Positions 1 to 9,695 of a stretch of 64,000 nt of DNA are shown here, in pieces. Numbering within the stretch: position 1 is the first letter of the stretch; each line of letters begins with the position of its first letter. A program made the position numbers and the translations under genes. Source of the stretch: an uncultured Acidobacteriota bacterium (GTDB lineage Bacteria > Acidobacteriota > Thermoanaerobaculia > Thermoanaerobaculales > Sulfomarinibacteraceae); contig CAWGLT010000015.1 in assembly GCA_963823445.1 (NCBI GenBank), forward strand, positions 70,520 to 134,519, in the 5' to 3' direction. The notes beneath the pieces are model-generated. The model saw nothing but the letters and a program-made list of their open reading frames with translations. It had not been told where the DNA came from and did not search any database.

Positions 1-225
1 TCACGCGCGCCCCGGATGACGATATCGTCGCGCATCATCGCGCCACCGGATCTGTTGTTCTTCTGGTCATGCTCAATCCTCGTCGCAGCGGACACCATCG
101 AGAACACGCCTGAAATGCTCTCCGTTCCCGATCCCGTTCCCGATCCCTGATGACCTCGGTGCGGGTGACGGCGAGAGGGCTCGGTTTTACGTCTTGATTA
201 TACCCGAGCCTGATCCTCAGGGCGA

Positions 226-696
226 TCACCTTCGCGATGCATGCCCGTCTTTGAGATCCTGCTCGGCCTCGCGATCCATGGTTCGCTGACGCAGGGTTTC
301 GCGCTTGTCATGGAGCTGCTTGCCCCGGGCCAGCGCAATCTCGATCTTGATCCAGTTGCCGATGAGGACGACCGCCGTCGGAATCACGGCCAGGCCCTTT
401 TCCTGGACCTTCGAGGCGAGTCTCTCGATCTGGCGTTTGTGCATCAACAACCGGCGCGGCCGGCGGGCTTCGTGGCTGGCATATCCACCGTGTTCATAGG
501 GCCCGATGTGGCAGCCCATGAGCACGGCCTGTCCGCCGGAAAAATGGACGTGGGCATCGGTGAGGTTGACCCTGCCGTCCCTGATCGCCTTGACCTCGGT
601 TCCGCGCAGCTCGATGCCGGCGACTTCGTGCTCGATGAAGTGGTAGAGGTGGCGGGCTCGGCGATTCTGAGCAATCACCCGACGCTGATCGTTCAT
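226..696 (-). CDS. smpB: SsrA-binding protein SmpB
   Basis: 156-aa ORF with the SmpB-like N-terminus (IAQNRRARHLYHF, GIELRGTEVKAIR) and a basic C-terminal tail. Its ATG overlaps the stop of the upstream gene (ATGA). Confidence 0.9.
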   Translation of the reverse strand: MNDQRRVIAQNRRARHLYHFIEHEVAGIELRGTEVKAIRDGRVNLTDAHVHFSGGQAVLMGCHIGPYEHGGYASHEARRPRRLLMHKRQIERLASKVQEKGLAVIPTAVVLIGNWIKIEIALARGKQLHDKRETLRQRTMDREAEQDLKDGHASRR

Positions 697-2240
697 GCAA
701 CCACCTTGGTTATGGCGTCGACCACCGCCGGGTCGAATTGATGGCCGGCCGCACGCTTGAGGATCGCCAGGGCCCGTTCCTGGCTCACCGCCGGACGGTA
801 GCTGTTGGCCGCGGTGAAGAGATCGAAGACCTCAGCCACGTGGACGATGCGTGCGAGAACGGGAATCGCGGTGTTCGCCAACCGGTCGGGGTAGCCGTTT
901 CCGTCCCACCTTTCGTGATGGTGACGCACGGCGTCGGCGATCTCGTCGAAGCCTTCGACCCGGACGATACGGTCGCCGACCTCGACGTGCATGCGGTACG
1001 TGCGGCGATCCTCCGGGCCCGGCGTCGGATGCATATAAAGCCGATCGTAGTCGAGTTCCCGCATGCCGACATCGTGCAGCAGACCGGCCAGGGCCGCATG
1101 TTCCGTGGCGGTCTCGTCGAACTCGAGCACCCGGGCGATGGACCAGCACAGACGCGAGACGCCGAGGGAATGCGCGACGAGTTCCGGATAGCGGCGGTCG
1201 CCGGGTTGCAGCAGCCGCCGGGCGAGCCCGCGTCGGGCAATGCGAAGACAGAATCGTTCCCTCGCCTCGGCGACCTGGGTCCCGAGCCGCTCGACGGCCT
1301 CCCTGGCCACCGCCGGCTCGGCGTCGGCGATGACCGATGCCACCAGGCAGCTGCCGGCGACCCGCAGCAGGACCGCAGACCCGATCACCGGACTCCGGAA
1401 CGAGCCGGCGGGTCCAGCCGTGCGGCGGATCTCGGTCTTCCACGCTTTCGGCGGCGGCGGTGAAACCGACTTCTCGGTCATGGCGTCTATTTGATGCTTG
1501 ATGAGTGGATCAAGCTCGATGCCCGGGGAACCGGCGCGCTGGTGAACCAGGATGGCGGCGGCGGCCGGACTCGCGATACTCAAAGCGATCGCCAGCACGC
1601 GGGGATCGGCGAGCCCGTCTGCGGCGGCGGTGTTGATTTCGTCAAACCCCGGTTCGTCAAGGAGCGCCTCGGACCCATCGCCGGAATCGGCCGGGAGTTC
1701 GACCACCTTCGGCGCCGCCACGACGGTTCCCTCGACCCGGGGCTCTTTTGCGGATTCGTCGGGCGCGGTGTCTCTGATCAACCGGGTCAGACCGACCGCG
1801 ATCGACCGGGAGAGCTCGAGATCGCCGGCAACAAAGGGGCGCTGGCCACCTTTGTCCCGAACATCGATAAAGCCGACCTGGTCGGTTCCGTCGATGACCG
1901 GAACCAGCATCAACCGGGTGGTCCCAGCATCGGCGAGGTAGCCGGCGAGTTCACCGACCTCGTTGAGATCGTTGTAGAACCTGGGGTCCTCTCCGAACGC
2001 GCGCACCATACGTACGAGGGGGTGATCATCGGCAAAGGACTCCGACAACCGATCTCGACGGCCAAAACCGTACTGCGTCGCGAGAGACCAACCCCCGCTC
2101 GACGACTTCAGGTAGAGCGCGGCCTTGGTGGCGTGGACATCCCCCATGAAGCGATACAAGACCTCTTTGAAGGCCCGTTCGGTATCTGGAGTCCAGGGTG
2201 GATGCTGCGCCGTCATGACCTCTCCTCGGTCGGTTTCCAA
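693..2240 (-). CDS. GAF-like sensor / HD-GYP-type metal-dependent phosphohydrolase
   Basis: 515-aa ORF. The C-terminal half carries HD (LLHDVGM) and HHERWDGNGYP motifs typical of HD-GYP domains. The start could instead be the second Met at 2216. Confidence 0.8.
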   Translation of the reverse strand: METDRGEVMTAQHPPWTPDTERAFKEVLYRFMGDVHATKAALYLKSSSGGWSLATQYGFGRRDRLSESFADDHPLVRMVRAFGEDPRFYNDLNEVGELAGYLADAGTTRLMLVPVIDGTDQVGFIDVRDKGGQRPFVAGDLELSRSIAVGLTRLIRDTAPDESAKEPRVEGTVVAAPKVVELPADSGDGSEALLDEPGFDEINTAAADGLADPRVLAIALSIASPAAAAILVHQRAGSPGIELDPLIKHQIDAMTEKSVSPPPPKAWKTEIRRTAGPAGSFRSPVIGSAVLLRVAGSCLVASVIADAEPAVAREAVERLGTQVAEARERFCLRIARRGLARRLLQPGDRRYPELVAHSLGVSRLCWSIARVLEFDETATEHAALAGLLHDVGMRELDYDRLYMHPTPGPEDRRTYRMHVEVGDRIVRVEGFDEIADAVRHHHERWDGNGYPDRLANTAIPVLARIVHVAEVFDLFTAANSYRPAVSQERALAILKRAAGHQFDPAVVDAITKVVA

Positions 2241-2313
2241 TTCTCTACTTTAGTCCACTCCACCGCAATTGGGGTGCTTTTCCAGCTCCGCCCGATGGTA
2301 GAATCGGCCGATC

Positions 2314-2847
2314 ATGCCTTTTGTGCTCGTCGTGATGCTCGCAACGGGAATCGCTCTTCCCGATCCCGTCGCCCTCGAGGTGACCCGGGACCCGGCGACG
2401 GTCGAGATCCGCTTTCGGCTGGTGGAGTCCTTACCGGAGGAAATCTCGGATGCACTCGCATCGAGCGCAGAGGTTCGTTTGACCTATCCGCTTCGGGTCA
2501 GGGCCAAACGGCGGGGATGGTGGGATCGCCGGCTCTGGAGCGGTGAACTGGTGAGTATTTCGACCTTCGACGCCGTCACCGGCCGCTTCCGCTGCCAGGT
2601 CATCCTCAACGGCATCATCACCGCATCCGATGAAGCCGAGACGACCGAAGAGGCGCTCCGGTGGCTGACCAATCCGCCGCCGGTCCGGGTCGAACTCCCG
2701 ACCGAGCGCCGCCAGGCCAACCTGCGGATTCGAGTCCGCGCGGTCTTCTCATCCGGCACCACCTGGCTCATCTTTCCGACGACCGACGCGACTCCCTGGA
2801 GCGAGATCATCCTGGAACCACCTCCCGAGCCCGAGGACGCAGAGTAA
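2314..2847 (+). CDS. DUF4390-like hypothetical protein (partner of NtrY-type kinases)
   Basis: 177-aa ORF with a hydrophobic N-terminus, ending 3 nt before the kinase gene. The family assignment is from memory of the gene-neighbourhood pattern, not from a search. Confidence 0.55.
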   Translation: MPFVLVVMLATGIALPDPVALEVTRDPATVEIRFRLVESLPEEISDALASSAEVRLTYPLRVRAKRRGWWDRRLWSGELVSISTFDAVTGRFRCQVILNGIITASDEAETTEEALRWLTNPPPVRVELPTERRQANLRIRVRAVFSSGTTWLIFPTTDATPWSEIILEPPPEPEDAE

Positions 2848-2850
2848 CCC

Positions 2851-4971
2851 ATGGGCGGCCTGGTCCGCGCCTGGAATCGCCATCGCCGCGAGAACCGGTT
2901 TCTTTTCGGCGCCTTCCTCTTCTTGATGACGCTCACCACCGGGGCCTTCTACCTGCTCCAGCGCGCCCAGAGCGTTTCTCCCGATGAGCTCACCAATCGT
3001 TTGCTGCTCTTTATTCTCTGGTACCTCGATATCTCCCTCATCCTCATCCTGTCATTCGTCATCGTTCGAAACGTCGTCCGCCTGGTCGCGGAGTGGCGGA
3101 GCGGGATCCTCGGCGGCCGGTTTCGGACCAAGCTGGTCCTGACCTATGTCGCCCTGACGTTTGTCCCCGTCATCTTTATTTTTCTCATCGCCACCAACCT
3201 GCTGCAACGCTCCATCGATCGCTGGTTTTCATCCCCCGTCGAGGAGATCCTTCTCGTCGGTTCCGAGGTCACCATCGAAATCCGGAAGGCGGTCGAGGAC
3301 CGACTCTTGGAACAGGTCGCCGTCGCCAGCAACGAGCTCGGGTCGAACCCGGACTCACAGAGCCTCGCCCGTCTTCGAACCCTGCTCAGCGTCGATCTGG
3401 TCGCAATCTACGACGGCCCGGATCTCGTCCAGGCGGTGACCGATCCTCGACGCCTCCCGGCGGCCCTGCCGCCGCTCAATCTCGACGAGCTCCCCGCAAC
3501 CGGCGTCCGCGCCACCCGCTGGCGGACGGTCCTGCTGGTGCGGGCGTGGCGACCCATGGAAGACGGGGTCTCGACCGTCGTCGTCGGCACCACGCTTCCC
3601 CGCCAGTTGCTTCAGCACCTCGATCGCGCCAACGCCGCCCATGTCGAGTTCCAGGAGATGAAACTGGCCCGCGGGATGGTCACCTCGACGACCATCCTCG
3701 TCTTCCTCGCCATCACCCTCCTGCTCCTTTTCGGCACCGTCTGGATCGGGCTCTTTCTCTCGCGCCGGTTCACCGAGCCGTTGCTCGCGGTGGCCGATGC
3801 GACCCGCCGGGTCGCCGGCGGGGACGAGCTTTCCGAGGTCCAGATTCCGGCGACGGATGAGATGGCGGTCCTCGTCGACTCGTTCAACGCCATGGTCCGC
3901 AGGGTTCGGGCCACCGAAGCCGATATCCGCGCATCGGCCAACGAAATGGCCACCCTGCTGGCGACCATCCCGACCGGCGTCCTGACCGTCGATGCCGGCG
4001 GGCGCACCTTTCGACCCAACCCCGCCGCTGCGGCGATGCTGGGTCATCCCGAGTGGGCCGGCGAGTGGCTCGAACTCAGCCGGATCTCCGAACCCGGGCT
4101 CGAGGCGCTCTACACGCCCCTCACCGGCCGTCCGATAAGGGAAACGCGGTTCGAGGCCGATCTCGAGACCGCCGAGGCGATCCTCCACGTCGAGATCACC
4201 ATCACCACCCTGGCTGGTGGAGGGAATGTCGTGGCGATGGACGATCTCACCCAGTTGGCCCGCGCCCAACGCCAGGCCGCATGGAGTGAGGTCGCCCAGC
4301 GGATCGCGCATGAGATCAAGAACCCCCTGACCCCGATCCAGCTCGCCGCGGAACGGATCCACCGCCACGCCGGAAAACTGGACCCGGAGCTCAGCGAGGT
4401 GGTTTCGTCCGGGTGCGACGCCATCGTCACCCAGGTTTCCGGGCTCAAACAGCTCGTGGATTCGTTCCGCGAGTATGCGCGGATGCCGACGGTCCAGCCA
4501 CGTCCCGCTTCGGCCAATCGCATCCTGCGCGAAGTCTGTTCGCTTTACGACGGCGTCCGTGAGGGCCTCGCCATCGAGCTCGACCTGCCCGACGAGGATC
4601 TCGTCGGCATGCTCGATCCGGTCCAGCTCAATCAGGGCCTGGTCAATCTCCTCGACAATTCCATCGCGGCCATTCCCGGCCCGGGAACCATCACGGTTTC
4701 GGCGCGTTCCGAGGGGCTCGATCTCATCGTCACTGTGACCGACACCGGAGTCGGTCTGCCGACCGAGGATACCGAACTGCTGCTGCAGCCCTTTTACTCG
4801 ACCAAGGGCCGCGGGTCCGGCATCGGTCTCGCGGTCGTCCACCGAATCGTCACCGAACACGGCGGTACCCTCAAGATCGCCAACCGAAACCAGGGCGGCG
4901 CCGTCATCACCATCGTGCTGCCGGGGACCCTCATCGGTGAATCGATCGAGCCTGACCTGAAGGATTCATGA
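2851..4971 (+). CDS. NtrY-like sensor histidine kinase (TM-HAMP-PAS-HisKA-HATPase)
   Basis: 706-aa ORF with N-terminal TM segments, H-box HEIKNPLTPI, N-box LLDNSIAA, and G-boxes DTGVGL and GSGIGLAVV. Confidence 0.85.
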   Translation: MGGLVRAWNRHRRENRFLFGAFLFLMTLTTGAFYLLQRAQSVSPDELTNRLLLFILWYLDISLILILSFVIVRNVVRLVAEWRSGILGGRFRTKLVLTYVALTFVPVIFIFLIATNLLQRSIDRWFSSPVEEILLVGSEVTIEIRKAVEDRLLEQVAVASNELGSNPDSQSLARLRTLLSVDLVAIYDGPDLVQAVTDPRRLPAALPPLNLDELPATGVRATRWRTVLLVRAWRPMEDGVSTVVVGTTLPRQLLQHLDRANAAHVEFQEMKLARGMVTSTTILVFLAITLLLLFGTVWIGLFLSRRFTEPLLAVADATRRVAGGDELSEVQIPATDEMAVLVDSFNAMVRRVRATEADIRASANEMATLLATIPTGVLTVDAGGRTFRPNPAAAAMLGHPEWAGEWLELSRISEPGLEALYTPLTGRPIRETRFEADLETAEAILHVEITITTLAGGGNVVAMDDLTQLARAQRQAAWSEVAQRIAHEIKNPLTPIQLAAERIHRHAGKLDPELSEVVSSGCDAIVTQVSGLKQLVDSFREYARMPTVQPRPASANRILREVCSLYDGVREGLAIELDLPDEDLVGMLDPVQLNQGLVNLLDNSIAAIPGPGTITVSARSEGLDLIVTVTDTGVGLPTEDTELLLQPFYSTKGRGSGIGLAVVHRIVTEHGGTLKIANRNQGGAVITIVLPGTLIGESIEPDLKDS

Positions 4972-5031
4972 GGTTTGGTCGAGAGGTCCTCGTTGACCGT
5001 CGGATGACCCCCTTGGTACCATCGTAACGAT

Positions 5032-7323
5032 ATGTCATATCCAGGCAACTCTGGGCTTTCCGTCCAAGCGCAAGAACGGGTCATGACGGCCTTCAAACAG
5101 GTGCTCAAGAACCTCCAAGCGGGACAACGCGAGGAGGCGACGATCGGCCTCGAATTCGTCCTTCGACTCGATCCGAAGTTCAAACCGGCCGTCAGCCTGA
5201 AACGCCAGGTCGCGTCGAGCTCCAATGAAATCGATCTTGGCGACATCATCGCCCAACTCCAGGCGCCGACCACCGAGACCATCAACGGTCTGCTCATCGA
5301 AGCGGTGGATGACTTCAACTCGAGAGAATTCCTCGGTGCGAAGGAAAAGGTCGAGAAGGTCCTCATCGATCTCCCCGGGCACCAAGAGGCCCGCGATCTC
5401 AGAGACCAGATCGACCGGGCCCTCAAGATCGAGAGTCAGGTCGGCCAGTTCCTGATCCAGGCCCGGGAGGCTCTCGCCAAGGGCGACCCCCAGGAAGCCG
5501 CCAACTTCGTCATGATGGCGCAGGCGCTCGATCCCCACCACACCGGCATCGCCTCGACGCTCAAGGAGATCGACGAGACCGGCGGGCTCGCCCTGTCCCA
5601 GAGCGCCGCCGCCGAATCGAACGCAGCCTCGCAGGAGCGCGCGGTCCCGCCCTCACGGCCGGCCACCAAGGGGGCAAAATCGGAGCCCGTCTCGGTTTCG
5701 GACGCGTTCGATCCCGGCATGCCGGACCCGCTCCCTGACAACCAGCTCGGTTCCCCCCTCGAGGACGCGTTCGCCGTTGAATTCGATACCCAGGATCCGT
5801 TTGCCGATCTCATGGCTTCGGAGCCGGATTCGGCGATGCCGGACCCCCGGCCGGTTCCCGCCTTCGGTGACGGCAGCGGCGATGACCTGTCGTTCCCACC
5901 CGTGGACGACACCGCGGATCTCTTCTCGGCGCCACCGGGGTCCTTCGCCGCGGGAGGCCCAAGTGGTGCCGCCACCCACGGCGAAGACTCCGGGTTTGCC
6001 GACATGAGGAACGCCGATGAGGATTCCATCGCGTCCTCCATTCAGGAGCTCATCACGCGCGGGCAGGAGGCGTACGACCAGAAAGACCAACCGCTGGCGA
6101 TCTCCCTCTGGTCGCGGGTGTTTCTTCTCAAACCGACCCACCCCGAGGCCGGGCACTTGATCGAACGGGCGAAAAAGTCTCTCGCTGAAACCGAAAACCA
6201 GATCGAATCGCTCTTCGGCAAGGCTCGAGACGCATTTGATGAAGGCGAGCACGATGCCGCCAGGTTGCTCGTCACCAAGGCTCTCGCGCTCCGTCCGAAC
6301 CACCTCGAAGTCAACCTCCTCAAAGAACAACTGGATCGCGAACAGGGGGTTTCTTCGGCCCAACCGCGGGCTGCGGAGAAGCCGGCGCGACGCGTCGAAG
6401 ATGCACCGGCGGCGGCGCCCGAACTCCCCGATCTCGATGACGACCTTTTTGCTGATCTCCCGTCGGCGTCGGACGCCGATGCGGAGCCCGAGGATCTCGA
6501 AGACGACCTCTTCAGCGATCACGACGACGATTTCGCCGATTTTGAAGAGCTCTCGCTCGTCGAACGCATTCGCAGCAAGATCTCCCTGCGGATGGTGGCC
6601 ATCGCGGGGCTTGCGGTGGTCGTCGTTCTCGCCGGGGTCTGGCTCGGCGGGAAGTTCCTCACGACCGAGCCTGCGGAGGTGGACGATTCGGCGGCTGTGA
6701 ACGCAGTCTTGAAAGAGGCCGATCGTCTCTACTCGGAACACAAAGTCGAGGAGGCGCTCCATCTGCTCCGGGAGTTTCCTGCTTCGGGCCTTTCCAAACA
6801 GCGGATCGACATGAAGATCTCCAAGTACGAGGTGAGTCTCGCTCCTCCGACCCCCACTCCGGTGCCCGAGGATGCCTCGCGCGCCCAAGCGTTGGTCGAT
6901 CAAGGTCTCTGGTGGTCGGCCTACATGGCCGCGACCGACGGGCTTGCAGCTTATCCCGACGACTCGGGATTGATGGAGATCCAACAGTCGATCATCGAGT
7001 CCGAGCCCGAGGCGCCGATCCTCCACAATGCGCTGAAGACCCGCGACTTTCGAACCGCCGTCAGCATCAGCGAAGATCTCCTCCTGCAGTACCCCGGACA
7101 GGGTGACATCATGGTGGCCCTCGAGCGGAGCCTCTTCAACGCGGCTCTCGCCGAATCACGAGCCTACAACCTCACCGGCGCGGAGAATCACCTGACTCGG
7201 CTCCTCGAACTCAAACCCGAAGACGAGGAAGCCATCCGTTTCCTCGAGTTTGTCCAGAAATACAAGGTTCGAGCGGCCGACATGCGCCTCGAGATCTTTA
7301 TCCGAAGCTTGAACGAACGATAA
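5032..7323 (+). CDS. TPR-repeat protein with an acidic/proline-rich linker and one TM segment
   Basis: 763-aa ORF. TPR-like helical repeats lie at both ends, with a long D/E/P-rich low-complexity centre and a hydrophobic stretch (VAIAGLAVVVVLAGVWLGG). Confidence 0.7.
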   Translation: MSYPGNSGLSVQAQERVMTAFKQVLKNLQAGQREEATIGLEFVLRLDPKFKPAVSLKRQVASSSNEIDLGDIIAQLQAPTTETINGLLIEAVDDFNSREFLGAKEKVEKVLIDLPGHQEARDLRDQIDRALKIESQVGQFLIQAREALAKGDPQEAANFVMMAQALDPHHTGIASTLKEIDETGGLALSQSAAAESNAASQERAVPPSRPATKGAKSEPVSVSDAFDPGMPDPLPDNQLGSPLEDAFAVEFDTQDPFADLMASEPDSAMPDPRPVPAFGDGSGDDLSFPPVDDTADLFSAPPGSFAAGGPSGAATHGEDSGFADMRNADEDSIASSIQELITRGQEAYDQKDQPLAISLWSRVFLLKPTHPEAGHLIERAKKSLAETENQIESLFGKARDAFDEGEHDAARLLVTKALALRPNHLEVNLLKEQLDREQGVSSAQPRAAEKPARRVEDAPAAAPELPDLDDDLFADLPSASDADAEPEDLEDDLFSDHDDDFADFEELSLVERIRSKISLRMVAIAGLAVVVVLAGVWLGGKFLTTEPAEVDDSAAVNAVLKEADRLYSEHKVEEALHLLREFPASGLSKQRIDMKISKYEVSLAPPTPTPVPEDASRAQALVDQGLWWSAYMAATDGLAAYPDDSGLMEIQQSIIESEPEAPILHNALKTRDFRTAVSISEDLLLQYPGQGDIMVALERSLFNAALAESRAYNLTGAENHLTRLLELKPEDEEAIRFLEFVQKYKVRAADMRLEIFIRSLNER

Positions 7324-7325
7324 CG

Positions 7326-7829
7326 ATGAGATCAGACGAGATCCCCCCCGGGGAGCGAGAGATCCCGAAGAACTGGGACGTCCTGGCCGAGTCTCCGCCT
7401 GACGACGATGTCCCGGCCGGCGGGGCGCCGACGACCGGTTCGAGCGGCGTGCCCCCGACCATCAACCTGCTGGCCTCATCCTGGGCCGACGCCGTTGCTT
7501 CGCTCGTGGTTTGCACCGCTGCGCTCTTCGGCCTCAACGCCGCCGGCCAGCCCGCTTCGCTGCCGGCCTTGCCCTGGGCGCTGGCGCTTGGAGTCGCCTG
7601 GTGGCTCGCTGCCGCCGCGGCCCTCATCGTGATCCGCCAGGCGACCCCCGGAATGTTGCTCGCCGGCGTCGTGTTCAGCGATCGCGTCCCCCCGGCGCGG
7701 TTGGCGGCGGTGATCACGGCGGCGGCGGTGTCCGCCCTTTTGCTTGGTCTGCCGAACCTCCTCGGCCCCCGGCGCTCGCCGCTCGCCCTCGCAGCCGCCT
7801 CGGAGCTCGAGTCCGTTCCGGCGGCTTGA
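7326..7829 (+). CDS. small integral membrane protein (possibly RDD family)
   Basis: 167-aa ORF starting 3 nt after the TPR gene stop, with three hydrophobic segments. The RDD assignment is tentative. Confidence 0.5.
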   Translation: MRSDEIPPGEREIPKNWDVLAESPPDDDVPAGGAPTTGSSGVPPTINLLASSWADAVASLVVCTAALFGLNAAGQPASLPALPWALALGVAWWLAAAAALIVIRQATPGMLLAGVVFSDRVPPARLAAVITAAAVSALLLGLPNLLGPRRSPLALAAASELESVPAA

Positions 7830-7911
7830 ACGGCCCCGAGATCGTTTGCTTGCGTCGTTTCTCCACCACCGGCCTTCTCTCGGATCAGCCGATCGACGCG
7901 GAAGCATCGAC

Positions 7912-8655
7912 ATGCGCTTGAGCGTGGTGATCCCATCGTTCAACGAAGCCCGGCGATTGCCCTCGACGCTGGTCGAGATCGTCGGCTTCCTCGAGCGTCA
8001 TCCCAGTTGGCTCCCGGCCGAGATCCTCGTGGTGGATGATGGTTCCAGCGATCAAACCGCGGCGGTTGCGGGTTCGGCAGCCCTTGCCGCCGGCGTCACC
8101 CTCCGATGTCTGGTTCACGACCGCAACATGGGCAAGGGCGCCGCCGTGAGAACGGGTTTCGGCGCCGCGCGGGGCGAGGTCATTCTGCTCTGTGACGCAG
8201 ATATGGCCACCCCAATCGAGGAACTCGAGGCGCTGAACGAGTCCTTCGCCGGCGGAGTCGTCATCGGCTCCCGCGCCCTCGACCGAAGCCGCATCGTCAA
8301 GCGGCAGCCGAGATACCGAGATCTCATGGGGCGAACGTTCAATCTGGCGGTGCGGTTGCTCGCGGTCCCGGGGTTCGGCGATACCCAGTGCGGATTCAAG
8401 CTCTTCGACGGCGATCTCGGACGCCGCCTGTCGGCTGAGCAGAGGATCGACGGTTTCGCCTTCGATGTCGAGCTCCTCTTTCTCGCCCGCGCCTGGGGTG
8501 TTGATATCCGCGAGATACCGGTGCGGTGGCGACACGTGGAGGAATCGAGGGTCCAGGCGTTGGCTCACTCCGCCGAGATGTTCGCCGATCTCCTGCGCAT
8601 CGGCTGGTGGCGCCTCACCTCTCAGACCGGCGGCGACGAGGGAACAGAACCATGA
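7912..8655 (+). CDS. family 2 glycosyltransferase (dolichyl/polyprenyl-phosphate glycosyltransferase-like)
   Basis: Start placed at the internal ATG (MRLSVVIPSFNE). VVDDGSSD and CDAD motifs are present. The longer ORF from 7744 overlaps the previous gene. Confidence 0.8.
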   Translation: MRLSVVIPSFNEARRLPSTLVEIVGFLERHPSWLPAEILVVDDGSSDQTAAVAGSAALAAGVTLRCLVHDRNMGKGAAVRTGFGAARGEVILLCDADMATPIEELEALNESFAGGVVIGSRALDRSRIVKRQPRYRDLMGRTFNLAVRLLAVPGFGDTQCGFKLFDGDLGRRLSAEQRIDGFAFDVELLFLARAWGVDIREIPVRWRHVEESRVQALAHSAEMFADLLRIGWWRLTSQTGGDEGTEP

Positions 8656-9575
8656 CCGAAGAGCCTTCTCTCCGGCCGGCATGGTCGGAGGATTCGTTTC
8701 TCGAACACCTCGAGTTCGAACGCAACCTCTCGCCGGCGACCCTCAAGGCCTATCGTCGCGAGCTCGCGCGTTTTGTCGATCACGCCGAAGCTCGCCACCG
8801 CGGTCCGGCGGAGGTCAGGACATCCGACATCAGGGACTGGATCGCGCATCTGTGGCAGCAGCGGCTCCAGCCGCGGTCCCTCGAACGCGCCCTGTCCAGC
8901 ATCCGGACGTATTTCGGCTTTCTCGTGACCGAGGGGATTGTCGCTTCCAACCCGGCCATCGCGGTCCCTCTCCCCCGAAAAGAGCTCAACCAACCCGAGG
9001 TCGTCGATCGATATGCCATCGAGGCCCTCCTCGAGACCTTTCCCCAGACCCCGGCCGGTCGTCGCGACCTCGCCCTCGTCGAGCTTCTTTACGGGGCCGG
9101 CCTCAGGGTCGGCGAACTCGTGGCGTTGGATCTGGATGACCTTTCGTTGACCCAGCGTCTGTTGCGGGTCAGCGGCAAGGGGCGCAAGGAGAGGATCGTA
9201 CCCTTCGGCCGGCGGGCGGAGAGCGCCGTTCGGGCTTACCTGCCCCATCGCTCCGAGTGGCGGGGACACCACCGCGGTGGCGACGAGCCCCTCTTCGTCA
9301 ACCAACGCGGCGGCCGCCTCTCCGACCGCTCGGTGCGACGTGTTCTCGACGACGCCGTCCGCCGAACGGCGGATCTCCACCGGCTTCATCCGCACGCGTT
9401 GCGGCACGCTTTCGCCACTCATCTCCTCGAAGCGGGGATGGATCTGCGCGCGATTCAGGAACTCCTCGGCCACAGCTCACTGGCGACGACCCAGGTCTAC
9501 GCCGGGGTCGATCTCGCCCATCTCATGTCGGTGTACCGGAAGAGTCATCCGCGGGCGGGGTCGGGGGAGGAGTGA
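8652..9575 (+). CDS. tyrosine site-specific recombinase XerC/XerD family
   Basis: Start ATG overlaps the GT2 stop (ATGA). N-terminal SAM-like domain (FLEHLEFERNLSPATLKAYRREL) and C-terminal LRHAFATHLLEAGMDLRAIQELLGHSSLATTQVY. I cannot separate XerC from XerD by eye. Confidence 0.85.
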   Translation: MTEEPSLRPAWSEDSFLEHLEFERNLSPATLKAYRRELARFVDHAEARHRGPAEVRTSDIRDWIAHLWQQRLQPRSLERALSSIRTYFGFLVTEGIVASNPAIAVPLPRKELNQPEVVDRYAIEALLETFPQTPAGRRDLALVELLYGAGLRVGELVALDLDDLSLTQRLLRVSGKGRKERIVPFGRRAESAVRAYLPHRSEWRGHHRGGDEPLFVNQRGGRLSDRSVRRVLDDAVRRTADLHRLHPHALRHAFATHLLEAGMDLRAIQELLGHSSLATTQVYAGVDLAHLMSVYRKSHPRAGSGEE

Positions 9576-9621
9576 GGGGTTGAGGGTTGAGGGTTAACGT
9601 GACGTTAGACGTTGAAGGGTT
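9576..9621. repeat. heptamer-phased degenerate array (GAGGGTT / ACGTNAG units), arm 1
   Basis: Reads GGGTTGA GGGTTGA GGGTTAA CGTGACG TTAGACG TTGAAGG directly after the Xer stop. Confidence 0.6.
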
Positions 9622-9644
9622 CATGCCGTGGTGACCCCAATCGT

Positions 9645-9689
9645 CCCTTCGTCTTACGCCTCTCGTTTCACTTCTCACGTCTCCCTACC
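9645..9689. repeat. heptamer-phased degenerate array, arm 2 (imperfect inverted partner of 9576-9621)
   Basis: Reads CCCTTCG TCTTACG CCTCTCG TTTCACT TCTCACG TCTCCCT. It is partly complementary to arm 1 (for example TTAGACG..GAAGGG against CCCTTCGTCTTAC). Confidence 0.55.
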
Positions 9690-9695
9690 TGAACG

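Noticed and set aside
1-38. Possible 5' end of a minus-strand gene (ATGATG..., MMRDDIVIRGAR) running off the window start.
   Set aside because: Only 12 codons are visible, so product and reality cannot be judged.
35-229. 64-aa minus-strand ORF downstream of smpB. I also checked this stretch as a possible tmRNA location.
   Set aside because: The ORF overlaps the smpB stop by 4 nt with no convincing RBS, and it has low-complexity Arg-rich content. The reverse complement of 1-225 shows no tmRNA 5' end (GGGG..GA..TTCGAC) or tag-reading-frame features.
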